A stretch of 32,000 nucleotides of DNA from Corynebacterium amycolatum (GTDB lineage: Bacteria > Actinomycetota > Actinomycetes > Mycobacteriales > Mycobacteriaceae). Both the position numbers and the translations under genes were made by a program. The stretch lies in NCBI RefSeq assembly GCF_049243625.1, contig NZ_CP046975.1. One strand, given 5' to 3'. Positions 1 through 8,435 of this stretch are shown one piece after another (positions within the stretch are counted from its first letter, which is position 1; each line of letters begins with the position of its first letter). Below the pieces are notes generated by a model. That model saw only the letters and a program-made list of their open reading frames with translations. It was not told the DNA's origin and did not search any database.

Positions 1-1315
1 TCGAAGCCGGCAGAACATTCGGAATCGCCGTGACCTTCAAAATGTCCGGGGCGTGACCGCCACCGGCGCCTTCAGAGTGGAAGGTGTGGATGGTCTGGTC
101 ACCAATGGCTTTGCGCGTGTCCTCGAAGAAACCTGACTCGTTGAGCGTATCCGTGTGGATGGCCAGCTGAACGTCGTACTTATCGCAGATGTCCAGCGCA
201 TTGTGAATAGTCGCAGGTGTCGCGCCCCAGTCCTCGTGAATCTTGAGCCCGGCAGCGCCAGCGAGTAGCTGTTCAACCAGCGCGTCCGGCTGACTGCCCG
301 AACCCTTGCCCAGGAAACCAGCATTGACCGGCAGACCCTCTGCCGCGCGCAGCATGGTGTGAATATGGAATTGACCAGGCGTACACGTCGTGCCCTTTGA
401 CCCCTCCGCAGGCCCGGTACCGCCACCGAAGAACGTCGTAATGCCGTTGGAGAGACCCTCTTCGGCCTGCTGCGGTGCCAGGTAGTGGATGTGCGTATCG
501 ATGCCACCGGCCGTCAGCAGTCGATGCTCACCGGCAATAACCTCGGTACCAGCACCAATGACCAGGTCGGGGTGAACTCCGTCCTGCGTATGCGGGTTGC
601 CCGACTTACCAATTGCGACAATCTTGCCATCTCGCAGACCCACGTCTGCCTTGACGACGCCCAGGAGAGCATCAACAATAATCGCGCTCGTAATAACCGT
701 ATCGGGCGTGCCTTGTGCGCGAGTTGCCTGCGGATCTTGGGCCATGCCGTCACGGATGGACTTACCGCCGCCATAGATGGACTCGTCGCCGGGGAAGTTG
801 GCCGTGTAGTCCTTCTCGATTCGAATGACCAGATTGGTATCCGCCAGCGGTACTACATCGCCGGTTGTGGGGCCGGAGAGCTCCGCGTATCTCGACGAGC
901 TGATCGTCGTTTCCTCATCCGCGGCAACTGGCATCGGTTCTGCAGGCTCGTGCGCAAAACCGTAGTCGGCAATTCGCTGAAAGGCAGCTTCCCGAGTGGC
1001 TTCATCATCCAGCGGGCCCTCAGTCATCCCCGCGAAGCCGTGGATAATGCGGTCTCCACCGAAGTCGACCAGTGTGACCGTCTTGGTATCGCCGGGTTCA
1101 AAGCGCACTGCCAGGCCGGCGGGGATATTTAGGTGCATTCCCCAGGCCTGATGGCGATCAAAGCAAAGGGCCGCATTGGCTTCGAAGAAGTGATAGTGAG
1201 AACCGACCTGGATTGCGCGGTCGCCGGTATTGGCCACCTTTAGTCGCAGAGCGCGGCGGCCTTTATTCAGAACTATTTGTCGACAATCTGTGTTGTTACT
1301 CGGTTGCATCTGCAT
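1..1315 (-). CDS. ureC: Urease beta-alpha fusion (UreB domain fused in frame to UreC). The 3' end runs off the window.
   Basis: I hand-translated the minus strand from the ATG at 1315 (AGGAAA lies 7-8 nt upstream; an alternative ATG is at 1309). The N-terminal part, [104 protein letters not shown], carries UreB hallmarks. It continues with no stop through [91 protein letters not shown]. Spot checks further on show [11 protein letters not shown] (487-517) and [30 protein letters not shown] (2-94), which are UreC hallmarks in the same frame. The ORF is missing from the ORF track because it has no stop inside the window. Confidence 0.9.
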   Translation of the reverse strand, partial: MQMQPSNNTDCRQIVLNKGRRALRLKVANTGDRAIQVGSHYHFFEANAALCFDRHQAWGMHLNIPAGLAVRFEPGDTKTVTLVDFGGDRIIHGFAGMTEGPLDDEATREAAFQRIADYGFAHEPAEPMPVAADEETTISSSRYAELSGPTTGDVVPLADTNLVIRIEKDYTANFPGDESIYGGGKSIRDGMAQDPQATRAQGTPDTVITSAIIVDALLGVVKADVGLRDGKIVAIGKSGNPHTQDGVHPDLVIGAGTEVIAGEHRLLTAGGIDTHIHYLAPQQAEEGLSNGITTFFGGGTGPAEGSKGTTCTPGQFHIHTMLRAAEGLPVNAGFLGKGSGSQPDALVEQLLAGAAGLKIHEDWGATPATIHNALDICDKYDVQLAIHTDTLNESGFFEDTRKAIGDQTIHTFHSEGAGGGHAPDILKVTAIPNVLPAS

Positions 1316-2225
1316 CGATATTTCCTAGGTCAAACTCAGTGTGGACATCTGCGCTGTGATGGTGGTGATGATGGTTGTGACCATGACCGTGACTGTGCCC
1401 ATGCACGTGGCCGTGGTGATGATGACCGTGGCCATGCACGTGGCCGTGACTGTGTCCATGGCCGCCATCCTCCTCGCCGTGACTATGGGCATAACCGTGC
1501 TCATGATCGGCAAGTAATGCTGCCTCAATGCCGTCATCATCATGCGACTGCAAAAGATGCAGAGCGGTTTTAGCAGACTGGGAGATGGCCGTCGCCAGTG
1601 CAGTACTGGTGATGAGTGGTTTTTGATTCTCGGCTGTCTGCAAATCAGCGCGGATTACTGTGCTCCGACGGGTTGGGCGCAAGGACTCGTCGTCAAGCGT
1701 GGCTTTATACGGTGCCAGCGTCTGCGAGACGGATGGGTAGACATCGTCGAACGCGACCACTACATCGGCGCCAGAACTGTGCGTCCACGCCAGACGAGCG
1801 ATACGGAACAGCTCCGCGTCCGCGAACGGATCGATGGCAGCGGAACATATGACCGCGATATCGTCGGCCGAGGTCTCGCGCCGGAGCGTTGCGCGTAGAA
1901 ACGCCAGCGTGGTGGTGGCACCCAGCGGCGGTGCCGCGAGTGCAATGCGCACATTCGAGTGATTGCGCTTGAACCACTGACAAGTCTTGGCCGTGTCGGC
2001 GATGAGTGGCAGATTGCGGCCACTTGTCATGGGCATAACGACGATATGGAGATTCTCGGTGTCCTCGCGGCCCAAATCCGCCAGTGTGCTGCGCAGCTCG
2101 GTGCCTGTGGAGGTCACGATGGTCTGATCAAAAGTGTCGAGGCCCTCTACTGCGGTGGTGATGAACTCTGGGCTGGCATCGACTCCGCAGTGAGCGATGA
2201 GGATACGTGGGGTCTGGGCTGCCAT
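1296..2225 (-). CDS. His-rich protein embedded in the urease operon, possibly a two-domain CbiX/SirB-like (class II chelatase-like) fold with a poly-His tail. Function unknown; putative Ni-binding.
   Basis: The ORF is 309 aa with GC3-rich codon usage like its neighbours. Its ATG directly abuts the ureA stop (AAATAGATGGCA), and its last codons overlap the ureB-ureC start. The C-terminus is [50 protein letters not shown]. The N-terminal two-thirds shows two repeated strand-loop patterns (RILIAHCG...[10 protein letters not shown]...[11 protein letters not shown] and [23 protein letters not shown]...VVVAFDD...TVIRADL). From memory these resemble CbiX/SirB, and the size and His tail resemble the long form CbiXL. 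Confidence 0.8.
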   Translation of the reverse strand: MAAQTPRILIAHCGVDASPEFITTAVEGLDTFDQTIVTSTGTELRSTLADLGREDTENLHIVVMPMTSGRNLPLIADTAKTCQWFKRNHSNVRIALAAPPLGATTTLAFLRATLRRETSADDIAVICSAAIDPFADAELFRIARLAWTHSSGADVVVAFDDVYPSVSQTLAPYKATLDDESLRPTRRSTVIRADLQTAENQKPLITSTALATAISQSAKTALHLLQSHDDDGIEAALLADHEHGYAHSHGEEDGGHGHSHGHVHGHGHHHHGHVHGHSHGHGHNHHHHHHSADVHTEFDLGNIDADATE

Positions 2226-2534
2226 CTATTTGCCGCCAATTGGGTCATGGACGGATACGAGCTTTGTGCCATCGGTGAAGGTGGCCTCGACCTGTACCAG
2301 CATGATTGCCTCGCGGACACCATCGAGGACATCGTCAGGTCCGAGTACCTCGGTGCCAATGGTCATGGCTTCGGACACGGTCACACCATCTCTGGCGGCT
2401 TCGACGACGGCATCGCTAATCAGTGCTACTGCTTCGGGCCGGTTGAGTTTTAGACCGCGGTTCTTTCGTCGCTCGGCGACACGAGCTGCAAGAAAGAGCA
2501 TGAGTTTATCTTGCTCGCGCGGGGTGAGGCGCAT
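2226..2534 (-). CDS. ureA: Urease gamma subunit
   Basis: 102 aa: [99 protein letters not shown]. This is the canonical UreA sequence pattern. Confidence 0.95.
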   Translation of the reverse strand: MRLTPREQDKLMLFLAARVAERRKNRGLKLNRPEAVALISDAVVEAARDGVTVSEAMTIGTEVLGPDDVLDGVREAIMLVQVEATFTDGTKLVSVHDPIGGK

Positions 2535-2607
2535 GTGTTACCTGCCTAACTGCTCAAAATGTGTGCTCATTGAGACTCAACGCCAGTTCGTACTATATCT
2601 GATTTCA

Positions 2608-2623
2608 CAGCAAATAATTGCTG
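2608..2623. promoter_or_regulatory. Candidate operator, inverted repeat CAGCAA-N4-TTGCTG, in the ureA/permease divergent region
   Basis: The sequence is cagcaaataattgctg, with perfect 6-bp arms. The same arms recur at 2694-2706. Confidence 0.3.
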
Positions 2624-2693
2624 CACTACCGAATCATGACTGGTTACTTGCAGGCTATGCCTAAGCCAGCCGTATGGGTTTTCGGCGCTGAGG

Positions 2694-2706
2694 CAGCAAT
2701 TTGCTG
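2694..2706. promoter_or_regulatory. Candidate operator, inverted repeat CAGCAA-N1-TTGCTG (second copy)
   Basis: The sequence is cagcaatttgctg. The 6-bp arms are identical to those of the site at 2608-2623. Confidence 0.3.
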
Positions 2707-2801
2707 GGCAGCATTACAGCTGATGACCGGCCTATAGTTGGGCGGCTGGTGTGGGGTAGCTGAAGGAAGTAGCTGTCGTGAACTGACATCAGGGGTATCT
2801 C

Positions 2802-4496
2802 ATGACGACCACAATGGCCGACGCTAAGCAGGGAAAGCGGAGGGCGGGAAATACTGGGTCGTCATCGAAGTTGGGTGACGACTATCCGCTCCGATTCGCG
2901 CCACGACACTACCGAACGTGGACACCAGTAGCAGTTGCCGGCTCGGCACTGGGAGGAATGGCCTACTTGGCTGACTTCTCCATCGGTGCTGGAATCGGCA
3001 TTGCTCACGGAACAACAAACGCTGTGGTTGGCATTCTCATCGCCGCAGTCTTGATTTTTCTCTCCAGCGCGCCGCTGGCAATCTACGCCGCAAAGTTCAA
3101 TCTCGACCTCGACCTCATCACACGCGGTTCCGGCTTTGGCTACTACGGCTCCGTAATCACCAACGTCATTTTCGCGACTTTTACATTCATCTTCTTCGCC
3201 ACCGAAGGCGCAATTATGGCCCAGGGCCTAAAGCTCGGGCTCGGGATACCACTTTGGCTGGGATACCTGGTGAGCGTGCTCATCATCATCCCCGTAGTGG
3301 TTTTCGGAATGAAGACGCTACAGAAGATGCAGACGTGGACCAACCCACTCTGGCTAGTCATGATGGTGCTACCGATGGTGTATCTCGTCGTCAGGCACCC
3401 TGACTCCGTGGACGCTTTCTTGCATTATCAGGGGCAGGGAGAAGGTCCTAGCCTGGCGGCAATGATGGCTTCTGCCGGTGTGTGTTTGGCGCTGGTGGCG
3501 CAGATTGCCGAGAACATTGACTACATCCGTTTCATGCCGCCGAAGACAAAGGACAACGCCACGTCGTGGTGGGCCTCGGTCATCATGGCTGGGCCGGGAT
3601 GGGTTATCTTCGGTGCAGCTAAGCAGATTATCGGTGTGTTTCTCGCGGTCTACATGATTTCGGTGGTCGGCGGCGGCATGACCGAAGCCGTTGAGCCAGT
3701 GCATCAGTTCATGACGGTGTACCAGGAAATGGTGCCCACGTGGCTGGCAATCACGCTGGCGGTCGTCTTGGTGGTGATGAGCCAAATCAAGATCAACGCC
3801 ACGAATGCATACTCTGGCTCGCTGGCGTGGACTAACGCCTACACGCGAGTGGCAAAGTCCTATCCGGGACGCATTGTCTTCGTCTTCGTCAATCTCGGCA
3901 TCGCACTGGCGCTTATGGAGTTCGACATGTTCTCCATGCTCAATGCGGTTCTGGGGTTCTACTCAAACCTCGCCATTGCGTGGATTTTCACAGTGGCTAC
4001 GGACATTGCAATTAACAAGTGGGTCCTGAAGATCTCGCCGATTTATCCCGACTACCGACGCGGAATGATTCACGACTTCAACCCCGTCGGCATTACCTCG
4101 CTCGTTGCTTCCGCGACAATCTCAATCGCCATGTACTTCGGCGCTTTCGGCGAGAGCTTGGTGCCGTACTCCGCACTCGTCGCCGCAGCAATCGCCTTCG
4201 TCGTCACGCCGACGATGGCAATTCTGACTAAGGGGCGCTACTACCGACGTCGCTTTGACGACGGCATCGCCGCACCGCTTTTCGACGAGCACGGGAACCC
4301 ATCCAATGAGTCTTTCACCTGTGTCATCACCGGTGAACAGGTCGAACGACCTGATGTAATCCTTTCGGCGGAGCGTGGCGACGATGGCGCGGAGCAGTAC
4401 ATATCCTCGCTCGCACTGACAATGGACCGCGACGGCCGACATGTTATGCCGGCTCAATCGCGGCGGGGGCGTAGCGCATCAGTGCGAACGTCCTGA
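2802..4496 (+). CDS. NCS1-family (purine-cytosine/allantoin/hydantoin permease-like) transporter with a roughly 90-aa hydrophilic C-terminal tail
   Basis: The ORF is 564 aa and has about 12 hydrophobic segments. Motifs such as DLITRGSGFGYYGS and ENIDYIRFMP are typical of CodB/NCS1-like permeases. It is transcribed divergently from ureA. Confidence 0.75.
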   Translation: MTTTMADAKQGKRRAGNTGSSSKLGDDYPLRFAPRHYRTWTPVAVAGSALGGMAYLADFSIGAGIGIAHGTTNAVVGILIAAVLIFLSSAPLAIYAAKFNLDLDLITRGSGFGYYGSVITNVIFATFTFIFFATEGAIMAQGLKLGLGIPLWLGYLVSVLIIIPVVVFGMKTLQKMQTWTNPLWLVMMVLPMVYLVVRHPDSVDAFLHYQGQGEGPSLAAMMASAGVCLALVAQIAENIDYIRFMPPKTKDNATSWWASVIMAGPGWVIFGAAKQIIGVFLAVYMISVVGGGMTEAVEPVHQFMTVYQEMVPTWLAITLAVVLVVMSQIKINATNAYSGSLAWTNAYTRVAKSYPGRIVFVFVNLGIALALMEFDMFSMLNAVLGFYSNLAIAWIFTVATDIAINKWVLKISPIYPDYRRGMIHDFNPVGITSLVASATISIAMYFGAFGESLVPYSALVAAAIAFVVTPTMAILTKGRYYRRRFDDGIAAPLFDEHGNPSNESFTCVITGEQVERPDVILSAERGDDGAEQYISSLALTMDRDGRHVMPAQSRRGRSASVRTS

Positions 4497-4505
4497 GAGG
4501 AGGCG

Positions 4506-5153
4506 CTAGGCCTTTAGCGCCTCTGAGATGGGGGTATCGCCCTCATTGAAGTTAATGGTGCGACCAATCGTTTGATCGTTGAATACGGTCTGCGCGATGA
4601 CATTGGCAACCGTTGCACGGGCAACCTTTGTGGCCTTTGTGGCATCGGTGTCAATGGAATCCTGGCCTTCGTCGAAGGTCAGCGTGCTCGGTCCCAGGAT
4701 TGTCCAGTCCAAGTCAGATTCGCGCAAAGCTGTATCCGCGGCGGCCTTGGCCTCGGCGTAGGCAAAGAAGGAATTATCCTCAGGAACTCCGTGGTTCGGG
4801 CCGGCACCAAAGTAGGACACCATTACGTAGCGGTTAACTCCGGCGGCCTTGGCAGCTGCCATCGAGGTGATTGCGGCATCGCGGTCGATTGCGTAGGTGC
4901 GCTCTGATGAACCGCCGCCTGCGCCAGCGGACCAAACGACGGCATCATTGCCGCGTAGCAGGTCAGCGAACTTCTCGGTCGAGAGCTCGGTGATGTCATA
5001 GACAGCTGGGGTGGCACCGAGCGCTTCAATGTCCGAGACCTGATCAGGGTTACGAATAACTGAGGTTACTTCGTAGCCTTCATTGATGAGTAGGGGAGTA
5101 GCGATTTGGGCCACCTTGCCGTGGCCGCCGATAACAATAACTTTTTTAGCCAT
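4506..5153 (-). CDS. NAD(P)H-binding (NmrA/SDR-like, atypical short-chain dehydrogenase) protein
   Basis: The N-terminus is a Rossmann motif, MAKKVIVIGGHGKVAQ. I prefer the start at 5153 over the track start at 5216 because AGGTGG lies just upstream of that ATG. Confidence 0.75.
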   Translation of the reverse strand: MAKKVIVIGGHGKVAQIATPLLINEGYEVTSVIRNPDQVSDIEALGATPAVYDITELSTEKFADLLRGNDAVVWSAGAGGGSSERTYAIDRDAAITSMAAAKAAGVNRYVMVSYFGAGPNHGVPEDNSFFAYAEAKAAADTALRESDLDWTILGPSTLTFDEGQDSIDTDATKATKVARATVANVIAQTVFNDQTIGRTINFNEGDTPISEALKA

Positions 5154-5469
5154 GCCCCACCTATACGTCAGCTCGCTGGTACTAGCAATGCAGTTGCCTT
5201 CGCTGGCAGTGAACATGACGAACGGTGAGCGACGAACGGTGAGCGCTGAGTATGGCGAGGCGTACTTCTTGCCACCCCATTTGCAGGGTACAAGAACGCC
5301 TAGTTAAGTCGTCCTAAATCAAGTTATATATGTAGACGTAATTTACCTGTTCAATCCGGGTATTTTTCGATATTGGTAGCCCAGCAGAGGCCCTTAGTTT
5401 TTCCAAAAAGACAAAATTAGGGCGAATTCGCGTAGAAAATACCTGTGAAATGCCGTTGCGGTATTCACC

Positions 5470-7008
5470 ATGGCTCATCGACCAAATTCTGATGTCGGCA
5501 CGTTGCCACGACTAATCGGAAAAATTACTTCTACGGTGGCGCAAATGGCGCCGGGGCGAGGAATTGATTCAGTGCGCATTGAGCCTGTGGGCTGGCATGC
5601 GCATGAAGAAGGCGTGCGGAAGCTAGTTGATAGCTTTCAAGCTATTCCTGCTGACCAGCGGGTCAGGTTGGCGAAGCGCACATCAAACCTTTTTCGCGGG
5701 CGTAGTAAAACTCTCGTACCAGGTCTAGATGTCAGCGGTCTCGGCGGAGTAATCGCCGTCGATCCAGTTGAAAAGACTGCCGACGTGCAGGGAATGTGTA
5801 CCTACGAAGACCTGGTAGATGCCACTTTGCCCTACGGTCTGATGCCTTTGGTTGTGCCAGAGCTAAAGACAATTACGCTCGGTGGAGCTGTGACCGGTAT
5901 TGGCGTGGAGTCAACGAGTTTCCGTAACGGCCTGCCACATGAGTCCGTCATCGAGATGGATGTCCTAGTCGGTACCGGCGAAATTGTGACCTGCTCGCGC
6001 ACGGAAAATGTCGATCTTTTCCGTGGCTTTCCAAACTCCTATGGTTCCCTCGGCTACACCGTACGGTTAAAAATCGAGCTCGAAGAAGCACTTCCATACG
6101 TCGAGCTGCGACACGTTCGGTACAACTCCACGACGGAAGCGGCAGAGGATCTGGCAAAGATTTCCGTGGAAAAGGAGTTCCAAGGCGAGCCTGTTCACTT
6201 CCTTGACGGTGTCGCTTTCTCGCCGAATGAGATTTACCTGGTGCTGGGACGCAAAACTGATGAGGAAGGTCCCGTCTCGGACTACTCCCGAGACAAGATC
6301 TACTACAGGTCCCTGCAGCACCCCTCCGGCGTTACTCGAGATCGCCTGAAGATTCGCGATTACATCTGGCGCTGGGATATTGACTGGTTCTGGTGCTCTA
6401 GAGCCTTCGGTACCCAAAATCCCGCAGTTCGTGCAATGTGGCCGCGCGAGCTCAAACGATCCTCGGTGTATTGGAAGTTCGTCGGCCTCGATCGCAAGTA
6501 CGACATTGACGCGAAAATGAAAGCACGAAAAGGCCTGCCGGCCAATGAGCGCGTCGTCCAAGATATCGAGGTCACTGTTGACCACTTGGCTGAATACCTG
6601 GATTGGTTTTTCCAAGCCTGCGATATCCAGCCTGTGTGGCTATGCCCGATTCACCTTCGTGATGGCTCCAGCGAGCTAATTGGTACTGGCGACAAGCTCG
6701 CTGGCAGCAGCAGTGCTTGGCCACTGTATCCGCTAGATCCCGAGACCACCTGGATCAATGTCGGGTTCTGGTCTGCAGTGCCGAACAACCATGTCCCAGG
6801 AGATACTCGCCTCGGCGCGTTCAACCGCGTTATTGAGGCCAAGGTCAGCGATTTGGGCGGTCACAAGTCACTGTATTCCGAGGCGTTCTACTCACCAGAA
6901 CAATTCGGAGCACTCTACGGTGGCAACCTACCCGATGAGCTCAAAGCAATCTACGACCCTGATTCCCGGTTCCCGCGGCTGTATGACAAGACCGTCACTG
7001 GTGCCTAA
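5470..7008 (+). CDS. FAD-binding oxidoreductase, BfaA-like (10-methylene-stearate reductase candidate)
   Basis: The ORF is 512 aa with an FAD-binding PCMH-type pattern (ITLGGAVTGIGVESTSFRNGLPHE). It sits immediately upstream of a Cfa-family methyltransferase, the pairing described for tuberculostearic acid synthesis in actinomycetes. Confidence 0.7.
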   Translation: MAHRPNSDVGTLPRLIGKITSTVAQMAPGRGIDSVRIEPVGWHAHEEGVRKLVDSFQAIPADQRVRLAKRTSNLFRGRSKTLVPGLDVSGLGGVIAVDPVEKTADVQGMCTYEDLVDATLPYGLMPLVVPELKTITLGGAVTGIGVESTSFRNGLPHESVIEMDVLVGTGEIVTCSRTENVDLFRGFPNSYGSLGYTVRLKIELEEALPYVELRHVRYNSTTEAAEDLAKISVEKEFQGEPVHFLDGVAFSPNEIYLVLGRKTDEEGPVSDYSRDKIYYRSLQHPSGVTRDRLKIRDYIWRWDIDWFWCSRAFGTQNPAVRAMWPRELKRSSVYWKFVGLDRKYDIDAKMKARKGLPANERVVQDIEVTVDHLAEYLDWFFQACDIQPVWLCPIHLRDGSSELIGTGDKLAGSSSAWPLYPLDPETTWINVGFWSAVPNNHVPGDTRLGAFNRVIEAKVSDLGGHKSLYSEAFYSPEQFGALYGGNLPDELKAIYDPDSRFPRLYDKTVTGA

Positions 7009-7080
7009 CTAGAAGCCCAACCACTTCAAGCGGCTTTTCTCCAATTCTTCGAAATAGCCAGTTAATAGCAAGGATTCACC

Positions 7081-8385
7081 ATGGCATTTACTCCAATGAA
7101 CGTTGCAGAGATTTTCGAGGCCTTCATCGATACCTCGGAGAAGCCTCTGCCAATTCGCCTGACGGCTTTTGATGGTTCAGTCGCTGGCCCCGACGATGCA
7201 AAAGTAGGCTTGAACGTCCGCTCGCTCGATGCGCTGAACTACATCGTTACTCATCTGCGTGATGATGTCGGATTCGGTCGCGCATTCGTCACCGGTGAGA
7301 TCGAGCTGACTCGCGTCCGTCTCGGACACCCAATTGAAGCGTTCGACGCTCTGATGAAATTGCACGAACAATTCGTGATGCCACCTGCAGCAACTTTGGC
7401 GAAGATTGTTCGCTCCCTGCGTTCGATGGGGCTGCCATATGTTCCTGTTGTGCCCGAGATTGAACGTACTGCATGGTGGAAGAAGCGCCTGCAAAACGGT
7501 CTAGCACGTCACTCTAAGGAACGCGACGCAGACTCGATTTCGTCGCATTACGACGTCAGTAATGAATTCTACGAGATCATCCTGGGCCCATCGATGACGT
7601 ACACCTGCGCCTACTACCCGAATGAGAACTCCACGCTCGAAGAGGCACAGGAAAACAAGTACCGCCTGGTATTCGATAAGTTGCGCCTGAAGGAAGGCGA
7701 TAGGCTTCTCGACGTTGGCTGTGGTTGGGGCGGCATGGTTCTCTATGCGGCAAGGCGCGGCGTTAAGGCCATCGGCGTGACTCTGTCGAAGCAGCAGGCA
7801 GAGTACGCACAGGCCAAGATTAAGGAAGAGGGCCTGGAAGATCTTGCTGAGGTGCGCTTCCAGGACTACCGCGATGTTCCTGAAGAAGGCTTCGATGCCA
7901 TCTCCGCAATCGGTCTTTTGGAGCACATCGGTGTGGAGAACTACCCGAGCTTCTTCGGCTTCCTCTATGGCAAGTTGAAAGAAGGCGGTTTGATGCTGAA
8001 CCACTGCATCACCTACTGGGATAACCACCGCACCCGCAAGGGCACCTTCATCGACCGTTACATCTTCCCAGACGGTGAGCTCACCGGTGTCGGAACTATC
8101 ATGCGAGCAATGCAGGATCAGGGCTTTGAGATGCTCGATCAGCAGAACCTGCGTTTCGACTACGAGCACACTCTCTATGACTGGTGTGAACGACTGGACA
8201 AGGATTGGGACAAGGCCGTCGAGCTGGTTGGTGAGCAGACCGCAAAGCTGTGGGGCATGTACATGGCTGGTTCCGAGTACAACTTCGCATGTAACCAGAT
8301 CCAGCTGCACCAGGTTCTGGGTGTAAAGGTGTTCCCGGACGGCTCCCGTGGTGATGTCCCGCAGCGTCAGTGGTGGAAAGACTAA
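7081..8385 (+). CDS. Cyclopropane-fatty-acyl-phospholipid synthase family SAM methyltransferase, BfaB/UfaA1-like
   Basis: The ORF is 434 aa. It has the HYDVSNEFYEIILGPSMTYTCAYY and LLDVGCGWGGM SAM-binding motifs typical of the Cfa/Mma family. AAGGA lies 6 nt before the ATG. Confidence 0.85.
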   Translation: MAFTPMNVAEIFEAFIDTSEKPLPIRLTAFDGSVAGPDDAKVGLNVRSLDALNYIVTHLRDDVGFGRAFVTGEIELTRVRLGHPIEAFDALMKLHEQFVMPPAATLAKIVRSLRSMGLPYVPVVPEIERTAWWKKRLQNGLARHSKERDADSISSHYDVSNEFYEIILGPSMTYTCAYYPNENSTLEEAQENKYRLVFDKLRLKEGDRLLDVGCGWGGMVLYAARRGVKAIGVTLSKQQAEYAQAKIKEEGLEDLAEVRFQDYRDVPEEGFDAISAIGLLEHIGVENYPSFFGFLYGKLKEGGLMLNHCITYWDNHRTRKGTFIDRYIFPDGELTGVGTIMRAMQDQGFEMLDQQNLRFDYEHTLYDWCERLDKDWDKAVELVGEQTAKLWGMYMAGSEYNFACNQIQLHQVLGVKVFPDGSRGDVPQRQWWKD

Positions 8386-8435
8386 TTGTCTTAAGCGTCG
8401 ATAATTCTCATGTCCGCTAGCTAGCCTGAAAGTAT

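Noticed and set aside
37-1132. Track ORFs 37-507 (minus), 485-1132 (plus) and 514-774 (minus) at the left edge
   Set aside because: These are wrong frames or the wrong strand. The real gene is the minus-strand ureB-ureC frame, whose codons occupy plus-strand positions 3k+2 to 3k+4. That frame is open from 1315 to position 2 and carries all the urease motifs.
1277-1573. Plus-strand and alternative-frame ORFs rich in His/Arg/Asp over the His-tract, which might look like a tandem repeat or CRISPR-like array
   Set aside because: The periodicity comes from CAC/CAT-GGC codon repeats encoding the poly-His tail of the 309-aa protein. There is no repeat-spacer organisation, so this is not a CRISPR array.
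2535-2801. C. glutamicum-type AmtR box (CTAT-N6-ATAG) in the urease promoter region
   Set aside because: I found only an isolated CTATAG (about 2733) and CTATATCT (about 2593), with no properly spaced partner half-site.
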